Part shown: piece after piece, positions 1 to 15,503 of the stretch
Position numbering within the stretch: position 1 is the stretch's first letter
Layout: each line of letters opens with the position of its first letter
Assembly (NCBI RefSeq): GCF_000150275.1
Contig: NW_002060947.1
Coordinates: forward strand, 1,605,576 to 1,669,575
DNA from: Trichoplax adhaerens
Lineage: Eukaryota > Animalia > Placozoa
Length of the DNA stretch: 64,000 nt
Reading direction: 5' to 3'
Notes under the pieces: model-generated
Told to the model about the DNA's origin: nothing
Databases searched by the model: none
The model's input: the letters and a program-made list of their open reading frames with translations, nothing else
Made by a program: the position numbers and the translations under genes

Positions 1-10
1 CTGAAGATGA

Positions 11-3000
11 GTATCAGCTAGTCCTAAGAACAAGCATCAAGATATCGCAACTACCAACAATGAAGATGCTCAAGATGCAGATGAAACTCATATACAACAT
101 CACGAAGCTCGAGAGCCCGAACGTGAACAAATCAGTGAAGAAAAGGAGGGTCATAACGTAGTAGCTCCAAAAGAAGTAGAAAAAATTGTACCTGTACAGA
201 CACAAACTGCCGAAGCAGAGAATAATCAGAAAGTTTCTATCAATCACCAAGCGAAAACGGAAGACCATGCCTCTGACAAAGATGCAAATGACGAAACGCT
301 GGCAAAGCATAGGATTCACGATAAAGATCCACATCTAAAAGTACATGATGTGCAGTCCTTGGAAGATCGTGAGAAACCAACTGAAGAAGCACCTCACCAA
401 GATGAGAATGTACAAGAAACTTCTAACGCCAATCATGTAACAAAAACGGAAGATCATGCTTCAAAGATAGCTACAAACGATGAAACATTAGAAAAGGATG
501 AGACTCATGATAAAGATTTACATTTAGAAGCACATGACGCCCAGCCGGTGGAAGATCAAGAGAAACCAACTGAAGAAGCACCTCACCAAGATGAGAATGT
601 ACAAGAAACTTCTAACGCCAATCATGTAACAAAAACGGAAGATCATGCTTCAAAGATAGCTACAAACGATGAAACATTAGAAAAGGATGAGACTCATGAT
701 AAAGATTTACATTTAGAAGCACATGACGCCCAGCCGGTGGAAGATCAAGAGAAACCAACTGAAGAAGCACCTCACCAAGATGAGAATGTACAAGAAACTT
801 CTAACGCCAATCATGTAACAGAAACGGAAGATCATACTTCAAAGATAGCTACAAACGATGAAACATTAGAAAAGGATGAGACTCATGATAAAGATTTACA
901 TTTAGAAGCACATGACGCCCAGCCGGTGGAAGATCATGAGAAACCAACTGAAGAAGCACCTCACCAAGATGAGAATGTACAAGAAACTTCTAACGCCAAT
1001 CATGAAGCAGANNNNNNNNNNNNNNNNNNNNNNNNNNNNNNNNNNNNNNNNNNNNNNNNNNNNNNNNNNNNNNNNNNNNNNNNNNNNNNNNNNNNNNNNN
1101 NNNNNNNNNNNNNNNNNNNNNNNNNNNNNNNNNNNNNNNNNNNNNNNNNNNNNNNNNNNNNNNNNNNNNNNNNNNNNNNNNNNNNNNNNNNNNNNNNNNN
1201 NNNNNNNNNNNNNNNNNNNNNNNNNNNNNNNNNNNNNNNNNNNNNNNNNNNNNNNNNNNNNNNNNNNNNNNNNNNNNNNNNNNNNNNNNNNNNNNNNNNN
1301 NNNNNNNNNNNNNNNNNNNNNNNNNNNNNNNNNNNNNNNNNNNNNNNNNNNNNNNNNNNNNNNNNNNNGTTGAAGGTCATGAACAGTTAGGAGTAATTGA
1401 TGAAGAATCGGAAATAGAAGAACAAGATGAAGCAGTTACGGCTGCAACGGCAGGAGATGTTGCTGCAGAAAGTGAGCAGATACACGGAACAACCGAACAT
1501 GAAGATCAAGCGACACCCGTTACTGATCATGAGGGTCATCAGTTACAAAAAAGTGATGAAGAAATTACGAAAGCATCGCATGACGATAAGGAAACAGAAG
1601 AGGAAGAAACAGATCGCAAGCAAGAATCTGCGGATAATATGGATGCAGTCGCTACTACTACAGTAGTCGCAGGTACCGCTGCTGCCGGGGCAGCTGCTGC
1701 GGCCGAATCTGAAGATGAGCCTGCTCATCAGTTACAAAAAAGTGATGAAGAAATTACGAAAGCATCACATGACGATAAGGAAATGGGAGAGGATGAAACC
1801 GATAGCAAACATGAATCTACGGATAATATGGATGCAGTCGCTACTACTACAGTAGTGGCTGCTGCTGCTGCTGCCGGAGCAGCAGCTGCGGCTGAATCTA
1901 AAGATGAGCCTGCTAATGTGAATGTGGCCAAGTTATCAAAGCATGATGAAGAAATTGCTGAAAGTATTGCACGACATCCTATCCAAATTCATATCTCTGA
2001 CGAACGAACCTGTGGCGAAGAAGAATCTATGGCTGAATGGATTGATTGGCAGGAAGAATATGATCATGCTTGTTATAAGTATTACAATAGTCAGATCAGA
2101 AGATCTTTGCAGGAAGAGGTTTGTTAACTTTTTGGAATTTAATTAATGAGCTTGGTGCGTGCTAAATGCTACCGTTGTGCTATTACAAATAGGGAGAATT
2201 TTCATCGAGCAATGAAAGGAGTGAATCGGAGCATACTTTAGTGGCTGGAGCTACTTTAGCAGCTACCACTCCCTCGAAAAGTTCTAGTCCAGCTCGTTCT
2301 CCATCGGGCAGAAGAAAATTCTTGCCTAATAGACTTCGACGTAGCATGAAGAGAAAAGCTAACGCCAATGAAGCCGATGACGACTTGGACGCAGAGGAAA
2401 TCAAAGCTAAGGCTAAAATATTGCACGAACTATCGATGTAATGCGCTTACTAATCTCTCTTTTGAGTTATAATTCTTTATTCTAAGTATCAATATCACTG
2501 ATTTATCCCTTACCATATCTCAATCTAGGTCGAGTGAAGAAAATGAAGATATGCAACAGAAAAAAGCTGGTTTAGGCAGAGTGTATGTAGGATGTTATAT
2601 CTCTCACATTTTCTTAAGTAGAGTAAGATCTTATGATGACAAAATTTTTGGCTAGTTTAAAATTTAGCCTTCTGCAGAGAAGGTATATGCTCTACTCCTT
2701 ATAGCTATCAACATGATAACGATATCATCTTTATAATCTATAGCTTATCTAGTTTGGGTAAAAAGAAAGGAAATGAAATTCTTCAAAAATCTTTGAAGCA
2801 ATCTAACAAAGAGAAATTAGCTGCAGACACATCAAATGATTTGCAAAGACAGATTCATCAAAAAATGCAAACTAAGTAAGTTTGTAAATTTAAATAAAAT
2901 TGATTTTATTACAAATAGTAATTACTAATCTTAATTATGCAAAGTCTACAGATAATTGTTTAGGAAAATATGCAGACTTTGAAATAGTGTAGCATTCGTA

Positions 3001-6000
3001 ATGCGTTTACTATCGGATTCATAATGGGATCACACAAACTTTGAATGTTATAGTATTTGTATTATTCCATACACTTTTCCGAAATTGCTAAATTATTACA
3101 ATAATAATGATCCCAAATCTATCTGTACATATGGGTCTTACTACACTAATATTGGATATACTGCAATATCAAGATATAATATATACTTGTACGGTATCAT
3201 TTCTTAAAAGGTATGATTGTATCGTAAACTCCTTTATTATTTTTCAGTTTTTCTTATCTGGATACGCCAGAAGAAGATGCTTCCTCAAATAATAAAAGTA
3301 AGAGATTTCGAATAGTTTTCTTACGATAACTATGGTTACCTATCAGTGGGCTGATAGCATAACATGCTTGCAATTCAAATAAAACCAAACTATTAGCATT
3401 AGTAATTCTACATCTATTGTATTTTTAATACGGCAAACAGTTATATTAAAGGAATGATATTGACATTGGCTACAATTGTAGAACTATTACAGATTATTAT
3501 TTATTATATAGTAACTTAACATTTATTGTATTTGTATTATCCAGTAAAACTTTAAACCGTTATAACGTTACCATGTAATAATAACTATTTACTACTTTTC
3601 AATAGAAAATTTACTTATACGTCATACGATTGATACCCAGAGAAGCTTATACAGCAGCAAGAGTTTAGACCTAACATTCTTGAATTCGACGGTAGGATTC
3701 ATGAATTTCATATCATTATGATCTGTCAAGATTTAATGCAGCTCCGTCACTATTACTTTTCAATGTTACCCGTGAAGAATCTGCATTAAGAGTGTTAATA
3801 TAAGCAAAATGTACATTTTTGTTAGGATGCATGCATTACCGGAGCAAGAGCTTACTTAGTGGAATCCGATAAGCCGAAACAGAGTAAAAGCGAAATAGCG
3901 AGAAAGTTATTTCCCACAACGGAGGACGATGAGCCTATTCAAAATGGAAATGATGATGTAAACGCAAATACTGAAATTCATCACGATTCTATGTCCGATC
4001 ACAGTAATAACTCTCAACACGAGCAAGGAGCAGATGATGAGCCTAACGTGATTGGAGAGACTGTAGAAACTCCAGACAATCTCAATAAATCATCAATTGT
4101 TTGGTTATGTACTAGGCAAGGGCATGTAGCGGTATTAGATTTAATTGATAAATGCGGTGAATGTATCGACTCTTTTCGAGTATGTGCCTCGCCGTTGCTG
4201 TGTATTTCAGCAGTTCCAGGATTTACTCCTGATGTTAATCGTGCAACCGAATCACATGAGCACGATATAACTGATCATGTCACAACAACAGCTGAACAGC
4301 AAGATGCAGCAGCGATGGAAAGGTATAAAGCTTTAATGGGTAAAAAAACCTCTAACGATGTAAATCTGCCTTGCATGTGGATGGGATCTGAATCTGGATG
4401 GTAAGATGCTGTGCAACCAGTTCAAAATTCTATATTTAATCTTGCAGTATCTGCATGTTATTGCGTTGAATAACATTCTCTGACTTAAATTGTCTCCTAT
4501 AATCTCCGCTAGTAAAATTTTGAAGCTTAAATCGTAAACTATTGACACACTTAAAATGAAATCAGTTATTGTAGTATTTTGTCCAATTTATTTAATTGAA
4601 ATCATTACTCAATTAAATTACAGAAAGTTGATCAGATAATAATTAAGCAAATTAATATTATAATGCATACGTATAGTTACAAGCTCTTAGAGAACTGTAG
4701 TAGACGATTGCAACATTGTTTTATAGTTATCATGATATTCACGTAGGCTAGATATCTGTACATGAATTCATATATTTAATACTTGCTATTACATAGGCTT
4801 TATATTCATCCTTGCGGTCCTAAACGCCATGAAGCAATTCATTCCATGCAACTAAGAGATGCAGTTCTAAGTATCCAGTAAGTCATGCCTTAATGAAGCG
4901 AATCTAAATCGAAAAATATTATTTAAGTGACGAAGAAGATTTATCATAAAATCGTATATATTAGCATTAGAACTATAATCAAGCTAAAATAAGTCAGGAA
5001 ATTTCGGCTCATGAAGCTGTTAGTGTCGTATAAGAAATTTTTTTAGATATTTTTTTTGATTCCTAACGTCGAGTTTTTTGGTATTCTAAGAGTAAATAGA
5101 TTTATATTCTATTTTTCTATAACTTCTTTATAGTTACTTCGATAATCGGGTTTATGTTGGCCTTGTCAACGGTACAGTGACTGTTTTCGAGCGAGATAAA
5201 GGTACAAGTTTTGAATAAATTAATTGTAAGGCTGTATGAATGACGTCTTTAATTTAAAACTTTAATTGATACTGTTAGAGGGATTATGGAAGTTCGATGA
5301 TCATAAAGTTATAAACCTGGGAAGTCATGCTGTAGCACCTGTAATATGTATAAAATCATCTGGTAAAAAGTTATGGGCAAGCTGCAGTAACATGCTACAT
5401 GTTATTAAACCCGAAAATATGCAAGTTGAGGTTAGTTAGAATTTATGTACTGAAGCTTGTTTCTTTGATTCGAGACATTAGTAAAATTGTTTATACCTAT
5501 ACTTACTATGTGCGGTGTATTCTTCAAAGCTTATTACATATTAGCATTTACAAGAGCTCATAGTACAAATACGGTACATGCGTATGATTTAAGAAATGCT
5601 CTAATCTTTAGGCATCAATTCAATGTCATCCCCGTACGAAACATTATGTAACACATGTGGTATGCGGTGGTGACGTCGCATGGGTTGCTACCAGAAAAAA
5701 TAGTATTATCCGTGCAGTTAATACAACCAGTTTTCAAACGATGAAGGAAATAGATATATGCCATCATATCGAAGGAGCAATCGGTAATCAAGTTATATTT
5801 TGTATTAGTAATTACAAATGACGTAATTGCAAGTAGCTTTATTAATACTGCATAAACGCCAGCATTTTAAGTAAGAACATACATACAACTACTCCTAAAA
5901 GCTACTTCATGTTTAGGAAAAATGACTGTTCTCTGCGTTACTGCTCTTGCAATTAATGAGAGTTGCTTATGGATTGGTACAAATATCGGATTATTGTTAC

Positions 6001-6550
6001 GAATTCCAGTCATAACTCCGACCGCTGCCAATACAGCAGTATCTAGTAAGTCAATTAAATTAAGCTTCCGCAAACGAATATCCGAATTATTCTTAAAGAA
6101 ATTAGTATAGACTGACTGTACGATTCATTACTAATAATTATTAATTGATTATTTATGGATTATTTTAAAATATGATTAATAACCTTGATTAAAATAGCAT
6201 TCTCACTTATTTGCAATCATTTTTCACTAGGCGGAGTTTTACAAACTGCATGGTCTAAGTTAGTACGTGTATGTCCACTACGACACAAAAGTACGATACG
6301 CTTTTTGATCTCCTCTCCAGCCCGATTAAATCCAAAACAAGCAGAGGATAATTTGCTCGATTTTGGTGTAAATTCAGACAATTTAGTTGCTCAGCGCTTT
6401 GGCCATATGACTGGTGCCATGGTCTTTACCAAGCAAGGTTATATGGTTAGCCGTACAATGTCACCGATAGAAACGAAAACTAAATTAATGGTTTTTAGCT
6501 GTGGTGAAGGTATCGAAAAGACTGCATCGACTATCAATACGTCCCGTTAA
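11..6550 (+). CDS. JIP3/JIP4 (MAPK8IP3/SPAG9)-like WD40 scaffold protein, divergent, 5'-truncated by the window, with large acidic repeat region
   Basis: Frame-consistent GT-AG exons: ~11-1011 (then gap), 1369-2118, 2193-2437, 2529-2582, 2744-2875, 3248-3297, 3606-3691, 3826-4400, 4797-4877, 5134-5201, 5279-5430, 5612-5783, ~5917-6045, 6231-6550. The peptides SSIVWLCT...IDSFRVCASPLLCISAVPG, LPCMWMGSESGWLYIH, LRDAVLSI, VYVGLVNGTVTVF and VTALAINESCLWIGTNIGLLLRIP match the JIP3/4 C-terminal propeller as I recall it (SSLVWICT...[59 protein letters not shown]). Confidence 0.8.
361..1003 (+). repeat. Coding tandem repeat A, 189 bp / 63 aa, about 3.4 near-identical copies running into an assembly gap
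   Basis: GGAAGATC anchors at 361, 550, 739 and 928 (period 189). Unit EDQEKPTEEAPHQDENVQETSNANHVTKTEDHASKIATNDETLEKDETHDKDLHLEAHDAQPV. A degenerate partial copy lies at ~240-360. Confidence 0.95.
1012..1368. other. Assembly gap (N run) inside the coding repeat region
   Basis: Run of N characters. Confidence 1.
1537..1914 (+). repeat. Coding tandem repeat B, 189 bp / 63 aa, 2 copies, Ala-rich and acidic
   Basis: CAGTTACAAAAAAGTGATGAAG at 1540 and 1729 (period 189). Unit HQLQKSDEEITKASHDDKE..EDETD.K.ES.DNMDAVATTTVVA..AAAGAAAAAES.DEPA. Confidence 0.92.
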
Positions 6551-8590
6551 AAGTTTAATTCTGTCCAACAAGATTTATGGCAAATAAACGTATTAGTAAA
6601 TGAAACACAAAGATATATATTGCAAAATCAACGTATAAAACACTGAAATTTATATGTTTAGATTTATAAAAAATTTTAATATACACCTCTCTTCTATTGC
6701 ATCACCTCGATTAGTTTATTAATATTTTTTGACTAATTTTGTTATATGCCACAAACGAACGAATAGGGTCGATATAAGTACAATAAATAATTTTTATGGA
6801 AGGCATAAGTGAACGAGAATGCCTTATAATGTGTAGATATAAATTTTAATTTTAATGCCAAGATTAGGTGATTGATAAACTCTGAAGTTGTTACAACTGT
6901 TAGGCACGCTATTATTTTGCTTGGCAACTATTCTCTATATTGAAATGCAAAAATTATCTAGCCGTCGCTCGAAAATTGTTAAAAAACTAATTGACTCCTG
7001 TACTCTTCTGTATGACCATCTTGATCGCCAGTCATTTTATCTTATAGCAATGAGGACCACCTCATGAGCTAGACGGAAAAGCAATTATATTTCGTCATAA
7101 TTCAAGTACAAAGTCAAGATTTGAAAACTTTATTTAAGTTTTTGTATCACGAATCATAAGCTATTATTACTTTAACAGCTATAAGAACGACAATGATGAT
7201 TGTATTGTTTGAAGCACACCATAAATATTAATGATATTGACATTTTACTGCAACCGATACGTTCCATTAAGACTAGACTAGATTCAGCAATATAACGTAT
7301 CTTTACTATTACGATTTACAACACACAATCTTCTACTGTATTATCTTTAATAAAATGATGATCTCAATAATTGCTTAGTTTATTAATGATAACTACAGAA
7401 TTATACTGTCGATGGTTGCCGTAATGCTTAACATATTGGACTATTTGGTACCAGTGCAAAATAGTCATATGTGCGTATGTGCAAAAAAATGTAGCAGCTG
7501 TTTCGCACGATTATGCACTATTTTACATACGTTTATGATACTACGCGTATACGAGTAGTAGTTTAATAGAACCTGATTACCGCATGGAAAATGTATAACT
7601 ACTCTCTTTATCGTGAATAGAAATCATCCATCAAGTATACCAGTTTGCCGCTATAACTACAATTGGCAATGTAATGTTCAGAGCCATAAGCACCAGAGTA
7701 CAATATTTAATTGTAAGAAGCGTATCCAAAATTTTATAAAGTAAGATTATAAATGACTTTGCAGGTGCATTTGCTGAACAAGACTTTCGGCTAAGCACCG
7801 ATTGGTTGGCGAAAATTACTTTTATAGTAAACCTGCATAACAATTAAGTAACTCGTGCATGTCATACGCGTACGTTATTCAATTAAATAAATTCTGTGTA
7901 CTATGAGAGTATTGCTTACGGTAAATTTAGAACTGAGAGAAGTTAATAATTTGGTGATAAACTTCTTGTAGACTTGCAACAGTAAAATATCCCCGGTTAG
8001 AAATAGAGGTGAGCTATCGTTGCTTTCATGTATTACATATTCGATATAACACAAAGTATTGTAAGCCAAAATTATTCAATTATAGCTTATAAATCTTATC
8101 CCGATGAATCATAACTTACAGACAATCATCATAATACACGGTTGCATAAAAACATATAGCATACTAAAATTTACTTTGAACAGTCAGTTTTCCTATAAAT
8201 CAAGAACATTATGTAAAGTGTGTGAATCGCGAAGGTTTCTACAATAAATGCAGTACATGATTTGCTTTGCGGCCAAGGAATTTCTATCAGCATGTCTCTT
8301 AAATTCGAAAGAAATATCCTTGCAATCTAGATATAGTGATGTCTAGTATTTAAAGCGTACTATGTTGCAGCTACATATAATACAATAGTTGCAGAAATTA
8401 TCTATAACTTACGCAAATAAATTAGTCATATTATGATTGCTCTAAAAAATGGTATCATGTCAACTTCAAAAACTGCATTATAATGAGTGTAATGACATCT
8501 AGTATTGTAATATCCAGAAGTAACCGTGGACTTTCTAGTACGGTAAGAATCAACACGCACAGGTCAAAAAACGCAATACTAAGGCTTCAC

Positions 8591-12079
<3,489 letters not shown>

Positions 12080-12547
12080 GACGAGCTCGTCGAATAAGCA
12101 GCAAGAACTCAAAGTAGCAATTTCTTCTTTCCAATTGAGCTGTCCGATCTGGCAGAAATCCAAAGCGATCTGGTCCGACTGTTCAGTATAGGGCAAGGTA
12201 GAACAAGGATACAGACAGACATAGGTTAGGACGTCCGGGGCAGGATTTCCAGTGGCGCAAACCATACTGGCGTGTGAGTATCTACTGTATCATACCGTCG
12301 TGCTGTTGGAATACGATAGCACATAGTTCTCGACACGAGTATGCTTTCCTCTCACCAATCGTCATGGTGATTCATGATTTCGTATAGACATAATTTTGCC
12401 ATGGTGCTTATCCACGATAGCCTGTGTTGGACGTCCTACCATTGGAAATAGAGGGATAGGACAGCTTGAATGGCTAATTTCAATTCTATTTCGACAGCAT
12501 TGACACTGTCCTAGAGCAGCTAAATTCCATCATCGACAACATGCTAA

Positions 12548-12705
12548 GGGAGGCGGGGACATCATCATCCTTGCTAGTTGATCAAGTGTACTGTCTAAAA
12601 CACTACCATAATCGTCAGGTAATAGTATGGACATGACAGCGCAGTGGATCCACCCCACGTGGGCATGACGTCAAGGAAAGCTTTTGGCGCCAATTAAAAT
12701 GGCCG
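12548..12705. promoter_or_regulatory. Putative proximal promoter motif cluster upstream of PRPS: GC box, E-box, CRE, E2F, YY1
   Basis: GC-box-like GAGGCGGGG at ~12550, CACGTG at 12656-12661, TGACGTCA at 12666-12673, TTTTGGCGCCAA at ~12682-12693 and AAAATGGCCG at ~12696-12705, in a GC-enriched patch ~500-600 bp upstream of the PRPS ATG. Confidence 0.55.
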
Positions 12706-13510
12706 CTCCATTTGCAGCTCCTTCCTGCACTACTACAGCATACTGTAGGGGATAGTAGAGGGAATATCGATCATGGTTGCTGGTGGGCTCATGAACGATG
12801 TTATTGGTGTGTTTTGACGTTATAATTTTGTCTTGCTAGCCACTTTTACTGATCTACGATGGACAACTCTTGCTGCTCCATTTGCAGCTCCTTCAGCATA
12901 CGGTAGGGGATAGTAGAGGGAATATCGATCATGGCTGCTGGTGGGCTCATGAACGATGTTATTGGTGTGTTTTGACGTTATAATTTTGTCTTGCTAGCCA
13001 CTTTTACTGATCTACGATGGACAACTCTTGCTGCTCCATTTGCAGCTCCTTCAGCATACGGTAGGGGATAGTAGAGGGAATATCGATCATGGCTGCTGGT
13101 GGGCTCATGAACGATGTTATTGGTGTGTTTTGACGTTATAATTTTGTCTTGCTAGCCACTTTTACTGATCTACGATAGACAACTCTTGCTGCTCCATTTA
13201 CAGCTCCTTCCAGCACTACTACCGTAGAGAGAATATCGATCATGGCTGCTGGTGGGCTCATGAACGATGTTATTGGTGTGTTTGTATGTCAAGTTTTGAC
13301 GTTATACTCTAGTCTTGCTAGCCACTTTTACTGATCTACGATGGACAACTCTTGCTGCTCCATTTACAGCTCCTTCCAGCACTACTACCGTAGAGAGAAT
13401 ATCGATCATGGCTGCTGGTGGGCTCATGAACGATGTTATGGGTGTGTTTTGATGTTATACTCTTGTCTTGCTAGCCACTTTTACTGATCTACGATAGACA
13501 ACTCTTGCTC
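12705..13510. repeat. Minisatellite array 1, ~158-170 bp x 5
   Basis: CTCCATTT anchors at 12706, 12876, 13034, 13192 and 13358. Confidence 0.95.
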
Positions 13511-14132
13511 TCTCCTACAGTAGAATTGGACGCTTAGTCAGATGTAAAAACTGTTGTATGGTCAATATTGTTGCAAGAGCTTCTTTTACTGCGTTATGCC
13601 TTCGTCGACCATTCAATCAATTCATTTATAACAACTAAAGTAAAATGCCTTACGTCCAGTACACCAAATGCATGTGTATTGAACTTGATCGACATTGGTT
13701 ATACTATTCTTAGCCTCAGTATACTTTAGCCAACGTAGCAATCTGTCTAAACTCGATTGGTATTTGATAGCAAGTGGCTATAGCAAACTCAATCGTTGCG
13801 ATGCGCAGCTCAAAACTTTCTTACTGCCATCACCCGATCTACAGTAATACTTCAGACTATCAATATTGTATGCCCCAAGACTCCTTGAATAATGGATCAT
13901 CGTTTAAGCTATTGACGCTGAGTATCTGCATCATGGGGATTATGATCAACGGGCTTAATGCCCACTTATGGTAATCATCATCCTCCATTCGATTCAGTCC
14001 AGCAATGGTTGAAATGCCTCTTATTCATTCGCCATACAGGTACTTTAGATATATGTCTTGAAATCAATGGATTATTCACTATCAAATAGACATGTTTCAA
14101 AGCTCAGAATTGACTTGCACAATGGAAATACA

Positions 14133-14968
14133 AATCACCTCATAAGCTTTGAGCCAGTTATCCAACTTGCAAAGTACAGTAAGTTCTCAGTTTACACCGG
14201 AGTTCTCACTTTATTTTGAGTAATCACCTCACAAGCTTTGAGCCAGTTATCCAGCTTGCAAAGTACAGTATGTTCTCAGTTTACACCAGAGTTCTCACTT
14301 TATTTTGAGTAATCACCTTACAAGCTTTTGCCAGTTATCCAGCTTGCAAAGTACAGTATGTTGTCAGTTTACACCAGAGTTCTCACTTTATTTTGAGTAA
14401 TCACCTTACAAGCTTTTGCCAGTTATCCAGCTTGCAAAGTACAGTATGTTGTCAGTTTACACCAGAGTTCTCACTTTATTTTGAGTAATCACCTCGCAAG
14501 CTTTGAGCCAGTTATCCAACTTGCAAAGTACAGTATGTTGTCAGTTTACACCAGAGTTCTCACTTTATTTAGAGTAATCACCTCACAAGCTTTTGCCAGT
14601 TATCCAGCTTGCAAAGTACAGTATGTTGTCAGTTTACACCAGAGTTCTCACTTTATTTTGAGTAATCACCTCACAAGCTTTGAGCCAGTTATCCAACTTG
14701 CAAAGTAGTACAGTATGTTCTCACTTTATTTTGAGTAATCACCTCACAAGCTTTTAGCCAGTATCCAACTTGCATAGTACAGTATGTTCTCACTTTATTT
14801 TGAGTTATCACCTCAAAAGCTTTTAGCCAGTTATCCAACTTGGATAGTACAGTATGTTCTCACTTTATTTTGAGTAATCACCTCAAAAGCTTTTAGCCAG
14901 TTATCCAACTTGCATAGTACAGTATGTTGTCAGTTTACACCTGAGTTCTCACTTTATTTTGAGTAATC
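14133..14968. repeat. Minisatellite array 2, 88-89 bp (three shortened 69-73 bp units) x ~10
   Basis: AATCACCT-type anchors at 14133, 14222, 14311, 14399, 14487, 14576, 14664, 14737, 14806 and 14876, with a truncated anchor at 14965. Confidence 0.95.
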
Positions 14969-15399
14969 AATCAATCAATAGCAATTGTCGTAAGTTCATC
15001 ACCCACTGTAACCAAGCTTTTGATACAGGATATCCTAGTCCATGAGGTCCACCTTTCTTGATGCCCATTGCATACCCTCACACAGACGATAGTCTTGACT
15101 CTAGTGGCCATTTGGTTTTGATTGAATATTTACAGTGGTTGACTTGGTTGCACAATTGAAATTGTGAGAGGTTTCAAAGAAAACGCATGCCATGACGAGT
15201 CAAGTAAATGGCTAAATACATCATTCAACTACATCCAGCACCGGCATCCGCTTTACCCATTCTCTCTTGTACAATACCGTTGAAAAAAAACAGTAAAATA
15301 GTCCGTCTCTGCCTTATTAGTTTACTGAACGACCATTTGGCGTTTCTCTCTTTCTATCGAGTAGTCCTTCCCATCGATCGTGTCAATTGCACATCAACC

Positions 15400-15449
15400 N
15401 NNNNNNNNNNNNNNNNNNNNNNNNNNNNNNNNNNNNNNNNNNNNNNNNN
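15400..15449. other. Assembly gap (N run)
   Basis: Run of N characters. Confidence 1.
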
Positions 15450-15503
15450 TTAGTAATATACAGTAGAAATTCAAGGAAATGAGGTTGTACTGGATCTCCA
15501 TCT

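Noticed and set aside
12080-12265. N-terminal extension of PRPS suggested by ORF 11954..12265
   Set aside because: The conserved start MPNIK is at 12079. The extra residues show no recognisable similarity and are likely 5' UTR.
12699-12755. ATG GCC GCT CCA as the start of a + strand gene
   Set aside because: It reaches a stop after 18 codons inside array 1, and no convincing downstream exons were found.
14481-14708. 75-aa ORF in array 2
   Set aside because: It is a translation of the tandem repeat, has a TTG start, and the unit length is not a multiple of 3.
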